DNA of 64,000 nt, taken from contig CM120643.1 of the NCBI GenBank assembly GCA_051362555.1, positions 11,160,001-11,224,000 on the forward strand, in the 5' to 3' direction. This DNA is from Lingula anatina. Its lineage: Eukaryota; Animalia; Brachiopoda. Below are positions 40,401 to 49,965 of this stretch, piece by piece. Made by a program: the position numbers and the translations under genes. Position 1 is the stretch's first letter, and each line of letters starts with the position of its first letter. Under the pieces are notes generated by a model, which searched no databases, was not told the DNA's origin, and saw nothing but the letters and a program-made list of their open reading frames with translations.

Positions 40401-43400
40401 TCTGTCTCCCCCCCCCCTCTCAGATTCTGTTCTCAGAGCTTTTTTTTGGATCATCTTTAAAGCTAGAATTGGGGGCCTTGATGAAGTGACCCGGGCGCGT
40501 TTCCACATTTTTTATGAATGACAGGTGTGGTAGATTGATTTTCGTCACTTTTTGGAAAAATCGGAGACGGGTCGATTTTTGGTGATTTTGAGTGATTTTG
40601 AACAGTGCCGGCACTGTGAGATTTCTTCAATTTTGGCCAGGTAGGGATGAAAATTTTTTTTCTTCATTATAGTGTCAGGTAGGTGTGTTCGGTCATTTGT
40701 AGTAAGAATAAAGTGCTGGAAGAGTGGTGGTGTCAACATTAAGGAAGAAATAGAGCAAAAACTCTGTCTCCCCCCCCCCCCCTCTCAGATTCTGTTCTCA
40801 GAGCTTATTTTTGGATCATCTTTAAAGCTAGAAATGGGGGCCTTGATGAAGTGACCCGGGCGCGTTTCCACATTTTTTATGAATGACAGGTGTGGTAGAT
40901 TGATTTTCGTCACTTTTTGGAAAAATCGGAGACGGGTCGATTTTTGGTGATTTTGAGTGATTTTGAACAGTGCCGGCACTGTGAGATTTCTTCAATTTTG
41001 TCCAGGTAGGGATGAAATTTTTTTTTCTTCATTATAGTGTCAGGTAGGTGTGTTCGGTCATTGGTAGTAAGAATAAAGGGCTGGAAGAGTGGTGGTGTCA
41101 ACATTAAGGAAGAAATAGAGCAAAAACTCTGTCTCCCCCCCCCTCTCAGATTCTGTTCTCAGAGCTTATTTTTGGATCATCTTTAAAGCTAGAAATGGGG
41201 GCCTTGATGAAGTGACCCGGGCGCGTTTCCACATTTTTTATGAATGACAGGTGTGGTAGATTGATTTTCGTCAATTTTTTGAAAAATCGGAGACGGGTCG
41301 ATTTTTGGTGATTTTGAGTGATTTTGAACAGTGCCGGCACTGTGAGATTTCTTCAATTTTGGCCAGGTAGGGATGAAAATTCTTTTTCTTCATTATAGTG
41401 TCAGGTAGGTGTGTTCTGTCATTTGTAGTAAGAATAGAGTGCTGGAAGAGTGGTGGTGTCAACATTAAGGAAGAAATAGAGCAAAAACTCTGTCTCCCCC
41501 CCCCCTCTCAGATTCTGTTCTCAGAGCTTATTTTTGGATCATCTTTAAAGCTAGAATTGGGGGCCTTGATGAAGTGACCCGGGCGCGTTTCCACATTTTT
41601 TATGAATGACAGGTGTGGTAGATTGATTTTCGTCACTTTTTGGAAAAATCGGAGACGGGTCGATTTTTGGTGATTTTGAGTGATTTTGAACAGTGCCGGC
41701 ACTGTGAAATTTCTTCAATTTTGGCCAGGTAGGGATGAAATTTTTTTTTCTTCATTATAGTGTCAGGTAGGTGTGTTCGGTCATTTGTAGTAAGAATAAA
41801 GTGCTGGAAGAGTGGTGCTGTCAACATTAAGGAAGAAATAGAGCAGAAACTCTGTCTCCCTCCCCCCTCTCAGATTCTGTTCTCAGAGCTTATTTTTGGA
41901 TCATCTTTAAAGCTAGAATTGGGGGCCTTGATGAAGTGACCCGGGCGCGTTTCCACATTTTTTATGAATGACAGGTGTGGTAGATTGATTTTCGTCACTT
42001 TTTGGAAAAATCGGAGACGGGTCGATTTTTGGTGATTTTGAGTGATTTTGAACAGTGCCGGCACTGTGAGATTTCTTCAATTTTGGCCAGGTAGGGATGA
42101 AAAGTTTTTTTCTTCATTATAGTGTCAGGTAGGTGTGTTCGGTCATTGGTAGTAAGAATAAAGTGCTGGAAGAGTGGTGGTGTCAACATTAAGGAAGAAA
42201 TAGAGCAAAAAATCTGTCTCCCCCCCCCTCTCAGATTCTGTTCTCAGAGCTTTTTTTTGGATCATCTTTAAAGCTAGAATTGGGGGCCTTGATGAAGTGA
42301 CCCGGGCGCGTTTCCACATTTTTTATGAATGACAGGTGTGGTAGATTGATTTTCGTCACTTTTTGGAAAAATCGGAGACGGGTCGATTTTTGGTGATTTT
42401 GAGTGATTTTGAACAGTGCCGGCACTGTGAGATTTCTTCAATTTTGGCCAGGTAGGGATGAAAATTTTTTTTCTTCATTATAGTGTCAGGTAGGTGTGTT
42501 CGGTCATTTGTAGTAAGAATAAAGTGCTGGAAGAGTGGTGGTGTCAACATTAAGGAAGAAATAGAGCAAAAACTCTGTCTCCCCCCCCCCCCCCTCTCAG
42601 ATTCTGTTCTCAGAGCTAATTTTTGGATCATTTTTAAAGCTAGAATTGGGGGCCTTGATGAAGTGACCCGGGCGCGTTTCCACATTTTTTATGAATGACA
42701 GGTGTGGTAGATTGATTTTCGTCACTTTTTGGAAAAATTGGAGACGGGTCGATTTTTGGTGATTTTGAGTGATTTTGAACAGTGCCGGCACTGTGAGATT
42801 TCTTCAATTTTGGCCAGGTAGGGATGAAAATTTTTTTTCTTCATTATAGTGTCAGGTAGGTGTGTTCGGTCATTTGTAGTAAGAATAAAGTGCTGGAAGA
42901 GTGGTGGTGTCAACATTAAGGAAGAAATAGAGCAAAAACTCTGTCTCCCCCCCCCCCCTCTCAGATTCTGTTCTCAGAGCTTATTTTTGGATCATCTTTA
43001 AAGCTAGAATTGGGGGCCTTGATGAAGTGACCCGGGTGGGTTTCCACATTTTTTATGCAGGTGTGGTAGATTGATTTTCGTCACTTTTTGGAAAAATCGG
43101 AGACGGGTCGATTTTTGGTGATTTTGAGTGATTTTGAACAGTGCCAGCACTGTGAGATTTCTTCAATTTTGGCCAGGTAGGGATGAAAAATTTTTTTCTT
43201 CATTATGGTGTCACGTAGGTGTGTTTGGTCATTTGTAGTAAGAATAAAGTGCTGAGAGAGTGGTGGTGTCAACATTAAGGAAGAAATAGAGCAAAAACTC
43301 TGTCTCCCCCCCCCCTCTCAGATTCTGTTCTCAGAGCTTATTTTTGGATCATCTTTAAAGCTAGAATTGGGGGCCTTGATGAAGTGACCCGGGTGCGTTT

Positions 43401-44497
43401 CCACATTTTTTATGCAGGTGTGGTAGATTGATTTTCGTCACTTTTTGGAAAAATCGGAGACGGGTCGATTTTTGGTGATTTTGAGTGATTTTGAACAGTG
43501 CCAGCACTGTGAGATTTCTTCAATTTTGGCCAGGTAGGGATGAAAAATTTTTTTCTTCATTATGGTGTCACGTAGGTGTGTTTGGTCATTTGTAGTAAGA
43601 ATAAAGTGCTGAGAGAGTGGTGGTGTCAACATTAAGGAAGAAATAGAGCAAAAACTCTGTCTCCCCCCCCCCCCTCTCAGATTCTGTTCTCAGAGCTTAT
43701 TTTTGGATCATCTTTAAAGCTAGAATTGGGGGCCTTGATGAAGTGACCCGGGCGCGTTTCCACATTTTTTATGAATGACAGGTGTGGTAGATTGATTTTC
43801 GTCACTTTTTGGAAAAATCGGAGACGGGTCGATTTTTGGTGATTTTGAGTGATTTTGAACAGTGCCGGCACTGTGAGATTTCTTCAATTTTGGCCAGGTA
43901 GGGATGAAAATTTTTTTTCTTCATTATAGTGTCAGGTAGGTGTGTTCGGTAATTTGTAGTAAGAATAAAGTGCTGGAAGAGTGGTGGTGTCAACATTAAG
44001 GAAGAAATAGAGCAAAAACTCTGTCTCCCCCCCCTCTCAGATTCTGTTCTCAGAGCTTATTTTTGGATCATCTTTAAAGCTAGAATTGGGGGCCTTGATG
44101 AAGTGACCCGGGCGCGTTTCCCCATTTTTTATGAATGACAGGTGTGGTAGATTGATTTTCGTCACTTTTTGGAAAAATCGGAGACGGGTCGATCCTGGGT
44201 GATTTTGAGTGATTTTCATAGGTGCCGGCACTGTGAGATTTCTTCAATTTTGGCCAGGTAGGGATGAAAATTTTTTCTTCATTATAATGATCGGTAGGCG
44301 TGTTTGGTCATTTGTTGTGAGTGTAAAGTACTGGAAGAGTGGTTGTGTCATTATTAAGGAAGAAATAAAGCAAAAACTCTCTCCACCCCCCCCCCCCCCT
44401 CTCCAAATCCTGTTCTCAGGAGTGCTTTTTGGCAATCTTTAAAGCTGAAATTGGGGGCTTTAATGAAGTGACCCGGGCACGTTTCCACATTTAATAT

Positions 44498-44664
44498 TCA
44501 ATTCAATTCAATTTCATTTTATTAAACCTTTAAGCCCTACGGCTCATCAGAATATAAAACAGTGACAATATAAAGTTATATCTAATCAACTACCATGACT
44601 ACAATAACTACTACTGATACAAACAATAATAATAATAATAATAATAATAATTGAAATTGAATTG
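44498..44664 (-). mobile_element. Short 3'-end fragment of a non-LTR retroelement (RTE-X/L2-like ATTGA tail) inserted in the last satellite monomer
   Basis: The minus strand ends with a small hairpin (AGCC-GTAG-GGCT), AATAAA and a (ATTGA)n tail. Flanked by AATAT at 44493-44497 and 44665-44669; satellite sequence resumes at GAATGACAGGTG. Contains (AAT)n. Confidence 0.6.
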
Positions 44665-45020
44665 AATATGAATGACAGGTGTGGTAGATTGATTTTAGTC
44701 ACATTTTCGAAAAATCAGAGACGGGTCTATTCTCGGTGATTTTTGGGTGTTTTTAATAAGGGCCGACTCATTCATTGAAACAGCATGTTTTAATCGATAT
44801 TAAAACAAGTTCATTTTTTTTTTGGGGGGGGTATACCTTTTAATCGATAAAATATCAGCATTCACCTTATTTCCTTGGTGTTGAGTTTTGTGGCAGTATC
44901 AAAGAAATATGAAATATGAAAGTATTCATGATAGAAGATGCATGCGCGATATTTGTGGAATAAAGCGGTGTGTTTTAACAACTAGTGGTGTCAAATCTAC
45001 ATGTACATGTACATGTACAT

Positions 45021-45265
45021 CAGGGGCGGATCCAGGATTTATTAACGGTGGAGGGGTCCGGTTTTGTTACGGGTTCACCCCCTTGGCGTTAGGTTAGGGG
45101 CAAGCACTAGGGCCCTCTAAAATTTGGTGTTTTAGAGGGCGAATTGCACGCATTTAGAACTATGATTCCGCTAGATGTTTTTGGTACAATTTTTGTAAAT
45201 CAGAAATCGAAGGGTAGGGTCCAGAATCCCCCACCCCACCTCCGACACCCCCTAAATCCGCCACG
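45021..45265 (+). mobile_element. MITE, hAT-like CAGGGGCGGATCCAG terminus
   Basis: Starts CAGGGGCGGATCCAGG and ends CCTAAATCCGCCACG (degenerate inverted copy); non-coding. No clean TSD seen. Confidence 0.6.
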
Positions 45266-45308
45266 TTACATATATTTGACTGTGAACATTCGTGAACAGT
45301 TTCAACCA

Positions 45309-45464
45309 CAATGGAGGATAAAAGGGGTGTCAGGGGAGTCCGGACCTTCCCCTTCAACTTCTGATTTACAAAAATCGTACCAAAAATGTCTAGCTGAATC
45401 ATAGGTCTAAAAAACCAATTTTTTTTTTTTTTTGGGGGGGGGGGGCTACTAGAGCGTGCCACTG
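45309..45464 (-). mobile_element. Second, inverted partial copy of the same MITE family
   Basis: 45350-45405 (CTTCTGATTTACAAAAATCGTACCAAAAATGTCTAGCTGAATCATAG) is the reverse complement of ~45160-45215; ends ...GCCACTG. Confidence 0.55.
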
Positions 45465-45572
45465 TACATGTATTTGACCGTGAACATTCGTCAACAGTTT
45501 CAACCACAGTCCCTCACCTAAAATGAGCCATGCCTGTCTTTAATTTGCATAACAATAACTTGCTCATTGTAG

Positions 45573-45694
45573 TGCGAGGTGTCTTCCCGAATGCTCACTA
45601 GGCAGTAGGACACAACTGGGTGAAGACGCAACAGCATGTGTGGTGCAGACGCAAGGGCGAGCTTTTATGAGGTGTAGAAGCAAGTGCATGCTTC
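45573..45694 (+). CDS. Candidate internal exon of a small cysteine-rich peptide gene (ARCLPECSLGSRTQLGEDATACVVQTQGRAFMRCRSKCML)
   Basis: TTGTAG acceptor, consensus GTAAGT donor, a GC-richer island, and only one open frame with CxxxC...C...CxxxC. The phase fits the exon at 48394. Confidence 0.45.
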
Positions 45695-46405
45695 GTAAGT
45701 ATTACTTTTTCTTCAGTGATCTATGACATTAGATGGAAAAAACGTAGAAGAATGCAAGAAAATTTACGTCAAGTATATATGTTACAACTCTTTGTTATAC
45801 TTTGCTTGTCGTTTTTGTTACTCAGTATGTATATATTAGTTAGCATATTAGTACATGTACATGTAGATTGGCATATTACTTCAAAGATCACGGACTATTT
45901 TAGGTGCTAATACCGTTCTTGTCACAGTTCTGAATTTTTGACCCATCAACATGTACATAAATTTAATAGAGAACGTTTATCAAAAATTCAAACGTCTCCT
46001 TTTACGACAATCACGATAGTTTGAAAGAAATAAAATACCCTTTTGATTTAAATTATCTTATGGTTACTTTTGTCTCTTTGAAGTTTCATTTCATTTCTTT
46101 AATTCAGTTTTTGTAGGTTTGTTTATTTTATCATACATGTATCCGTAAAAATGATTGTAAGCTATGTTGAAAAACCTAAAAATTAATAGAGAAATACAGT
46201 ATGGTCCCCAAACGCGTGATGCATAGCGATTTTAGATATTACAAGATTAAATAGGAGGTTAAATAAATAAACGTCCCTTGTAATAACCTCCACAAATTAA
46301 ACAAGTATGTTCAATGTTTTTTTTTTCAAAGCATGGTGTCTCTAATACCTTTATCATTAACTTAAGGTTTTAATTTTGGCGTAAGGTAACTTTGATGTCG
46401 ATTGC

Positions 46406-46940
46406 TTTTTTATGTACAGACACAGATGTGCCTGTACTTATTGCCGTCACCTGCGTCTGTTGTCGCCGTCGTCGCCGAGCACTTTCACCGATAACACGAT
46501 AAGTGAAAAACCATTTTACTTTTTGGCTTGAAACTTCCAGAACTAATGAATATTCATAATCCGCAGGTCAAGTTCGAAAATCAGCATGATTGGGTCATTT
46601 TTACGTAAGTGATGCTGTTTTTTTCCCTTTTTTTTCAGCGTATATGCAACACCGATAACACAATTAGTGGAAATCCGTTTTACCTTTTGGCTTAAAACTT
46701 ACAGAACTGATGAATATTCATAATACGCAGGACAAGTTTGAAAATCAGCATGATTGGACCTTTTTTTTTTTTTTTTTTTTTTTTGCTTTCTTCAGCATAT
46801 ATGCAACACTGATAACACATTTCAGCTGATAAGCTAATTGTTTTGCAATTTACAGGAGTGATCAATCTTACTTAAATACAGTTTGGGTTTGAAAACCAGC
46901 TTGATTGGTTCAGTTTTGATGAAGTTATGCCCTTTTTTGT
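46406..46940 (+). mobile_element. Non-autonomous Helentron/HINE (DINE-1/pearl-like) element with ~160-bp internal repeats
   Basis: T-run start, short subterminal inverted repeat (GTACAG...CTGTAC) and a (GTCGCC)-type microsatellite, followed by units starting ACCGATAACAC (or ACTGATAACAC) at ~46487, ~46651 and ~46808 containing AGGTCAAGTTCGAAAATCAGCATG. Same family as 63700-64000. The 3' end is not clearly seen. Confidence 0.7.
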
Positions 46941-47765
46941 ATATAAGTGTTTTTTCCTCAGATTCTCAGGCATGTTAATAGTCTCATTATTAAACTAATT
47001 AGATGCGTAGAAGAGTTCTTTTGACATTTTCTGCATCTTAACATCATTGTTAGTTGATTATATAAAAATGTCAAAAATGGAAGTAAACTCATGAGTCATA
47101 TCACTGAAGTTTGTCAGATTCAATCATTTACTACGTTCAGAATCTCAGAATAGAGCAAATTGGACATTTAAAATTGTTCCATTGATATTTTCCCCATGTC
47201 AACAATTATCATAGTTGATCTTATTAACATGACAGTAAATGGATCATTTTGCTTTATATAAAGTGTTGAAAATGGCAAGAAATGCATTTCAGTAGTGGTC
47301 AGTCTGTAATTGTCCCTTGAGTAATCATTAGTTAACTTCAGAGCTATTACGTCACTTTCCTAATTAAGTTTCAAGTGACCATTAAATGAGATTACATAAA
47401 ACACACATGTTGTGATTTCCCTGTAAGCTCCCATCAGTTTAGCTCTGTGCCAGATACAGTTTGTGAAAGTCTAAATCATTAGTGTCGTGTAATTTATAAT
47501 CAGTGATAATTATGTAGGTAAATGTTGTTTAATATTGCAAATAAGATTACAGAAGAAAAAACTATTTTGTGTAATGCCAACATTAATGCTATAGATGAAT
47601 AACAGTGCTTTATTATCCTCAAACTCAATGGGGTTATTAATATCATGTTAATACAGCTGGATTAAAAGTATATATAGCATCTTTATTGGTATATATTTTT
47701 CTTTTTTAATCTTAAATTTTTTAAACACTGGCATTTTCAAATATGACTTAACTCCCATCCACCTG

Positions 47766-47929
47766 GCCCTGGTTTCAGAAAAAAACTTTAGTTCCCTGGC
47801 TTAATTGATTAGGATTTCCAAGAGAGTGCTTTTACACTGCTCCCAGTAGGGTAAGATGTGACCATGTAACCTTGGTAATTAAGTTCTTAGCCAGGGAAAT
47901 TGACAAGTTTGTTTGTGAAACATGGGGGC
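47766..47929. mobile_element. MITE, PIF/Harbinger-like
   Basis: Imperfect inverted ends GCCCTGGTTTCAGAAA ... TTTGTGAAACATGGGGGC, inner inverted repeat TTCCCTGGCT/AGCCAGGGAA, and a possible 3-bp CTG TSD. Confidence 0.5.
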
Positions 47930-48393
47930 CTGAACCTCTGTACATTTTCTGTATTTCCACATAAGCTATAATATTGGTGTTAATGCGGTTAAATATTATA
48001 TAATATTGTTTTGCACTGTCATAATTTTTCACATGTTGGTATTTTCATTATGTGAATTTGAACTTTCATGGTCCTGAAACTGTAATCTTAGTGACCATCT
48101 TACCTGTTGTGCACGATTAGAATTTAGTGTTGACTTTGCTGTCATAAGTATTATTTATTATTACATCAAAATTGACAAAGTGACCTATATTCTACGTCCT
48201 TATTTTCTGCTTTTGTCTGTACATTTGACGGCTTTGCTGCCTTTTTTGTGCTATCCGAGCCTGAACATCGGACAAGTCAGTAAACACCCACATCAGTTCA
48301 AGTGCCCTTTTCTTTTTGATGTAAAAAGCATGTGTCGTACTTCCCGAGCCTGCCGTTTAGTTATATATTGTTAACATTACCTTCTCATTTCAG

Positions 48394-48404
48394 GAGTCTA
48401 CTGA
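48394..48404 (+). CDS. Candidate terminal coding exon (..RVY*) of the Cys-rich peptide gene, followed by a 3' UTR
   Basis: Strong acceptor CCTTCTCATTTCAG; a phase-1 join gives CGA GTC TAC TGA; ATTAAA at 48494 and AATAAA at 48504. Confidence 0.4.
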
Positions 48405-49371
48405 GATACTGAGAACTGTACGACAGCCGCCTGCTAGCAACCAAGTCTTTCGTCCACGTTCTGGGACCCTACGAGCATTCATGCATCTGTTGTATTAAAG
48501 TTGAATAAATACATTTGTAATTCCTTGGTTTTTTTTCACTTTGATATGAAATAATGATGATAAAAATATTAGTAATAATAAAGCGAAAGGGGTAAAATTA
48601 TAAAGATATGATTACTGTCTGAGCACTTTTAAGTTTAGTCTGCTAAAACTGATCTGTAAATATTGAGTTTGTTTTTACAGTAACAGAATGTCTTAAATAA
48701 TGCAGTGTTTTGTAAATAATTGAGTTTGAGTATTTTAAGAAAACTACAAAATTTTACAACAGCCCACATTTATAAACACAATTTATATGAATTTACGACT
48801 CGCTTTTGAAAATCTATTCTACATTTTGTTCTATAGTTAAACGGTTTTTTAATATTTCTTGGAATGAATTAGTTCGTCCTCCCCGATGTCATTTTCATAA
48901 TTTTATACGGGTCCATTTTTAAAGGGTTCTGGTTTTTGCTACAGAAAATTGATTCTAATTTTACGCCCTTCTCATCTCATGAATGCTTCAATTTTATACA
49001 AAAATGAGAAAGTTGACACACTTTTTGAAATGGTAACAGTTGAAATCTGCTTCTCCAACAAAACATGGGGTCTGTACGTTCTGATATTTTTTAAAGAATG
49101 AAAATAATATAAAAAATATATTGATCCTTTAGTTTTGTGACGTATATTTATTTCCAAATAGTCCCAAATGCACAGACAAAAATATAGCATTAAACTGTGG
49201 AAAAGAAAATTTTTAGACCAAACATTTAATGTCTATTTCTGCATTATACAAGTTTATATCATCCAAATACTTTGGTAACGTTATTAAAAATGTGTTCTTT
49301 ATACACTTAATTACAGTGGCATTAAAATGTAATTTTGTGATTATTTAACTTGCACCTCAAGTGGGAATAAA

Positions 49372-49965
49372 TTGCCCCACATGCCATCCCTCATTTGGAA
49401 TGGACTCACCCTACCTGTCACCCTTCAAATTGAATGGACTCGCCCTACCTGTCACCCCTCAAATTGAATGGACTCGCCCCACCTGTCACCCCTCAAATGA
49501 AATGGACTCGCCCCACCTGTCACCCCTCAAATTGAATGGACTCGCCCCACCTGTCACCCCTCAAATGAAATGGACTCGCCCCACCTGTCACCCCTCTGAC
49601 GAAATGGACTCGCCCCACCTGTCACCCCTCTGACGAAATGGACTCGCCCCACCTGTCACCCCCTCTGACGAAATGGACTCGCCCCACCTGTCACCCCCTC
49701 TGACGAAATGGACTCGCCCCACCTGTCACCCCTCTGACGAAATGGACTCGCCCCACCTGTCACCCCTCTGACGAAATGGACTCGCCCCACCTGTCACCCC
49801 TCTGACGAAATGGACTCGCCCCACCTGTCACCCCTCTGACGAAATGGACTCGCCCCACCTGTCACCCCTCAAATGGAATGGACTCGCCCCACCTGTCACC
49901 CCTCAAATGGAATGGACTCGCCCCACCTGTCACCCCTCAAATCAAATGGACTTGACCCATTTGTC
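49372..49965. repeat. 34-bp minisatellite, ~17 copies
   Basis: Unit AATGGACTCGCCCCACCTGTCACCCCTC+(AAATTG/AAATGA/TGACGA) starts at 49399, 49433, 49467, 49501, 49535, 49569, 49603 and onward. Confidence 0.97.

Larger units (their letters stand above)
1..44765. repeat. Tandem satellite DNA array, ~362-bp monomer, ~112-113 copies, continues beyond the window start
   Basis: The same monomer (...AGTGGTGGTGTCAACATTAAGG...CTGTCT-C(n)-TCTCAGATTC...GACCCGGGCGCG...ACAGTGCCGGCACTGT...) recurs every ~357-370 bp with few substitutions; length variation is mostly in the poly-C run. Similarity decays from ~44190 and ends ~44765. Copy number is estimated from array length minus insertions. Confidence 0.99.

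Noticed and set aside
63-44442. Hundreds of 60-110 aa ORFs (MPALFKITQ..., MLTPPLFQH..., MSGRCVRSF...)
   Set aside because: They are translations of the satellite monomer, mostly with non-ATG starts and overlapping on both strands. Homopolymer indels freely fuse or break them, and no recognisable domain is present.
44520-44555. Possible hammerhead ribozyme core (CTGATGAG on the minus strand)
   Set aside because: No GAAA after stem II and no stems I/III; better explained as a LINE 3' hairpin.
1-44765. Array as a tandem RNA-gene cluster (5S, tRNA, snRNA, spliced-leader RNA)
   Set aside because: No recognisable 5S, tRNA or U-snRNA sequence. A CAG|GT followed ~50 nt later by an Sm-like GATTTTTGG exists, but such motifs are expected in this T-rich monomer. 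An SL call would need the upstream sequence found on mRNA 5' ends.
1-44765. CRISPR-like or variable-cassette array
   Set aside because: There are no unique spacers; monomers differ only by point changes and homopolymer length. The context is eukaryotic and no cas genes are present.
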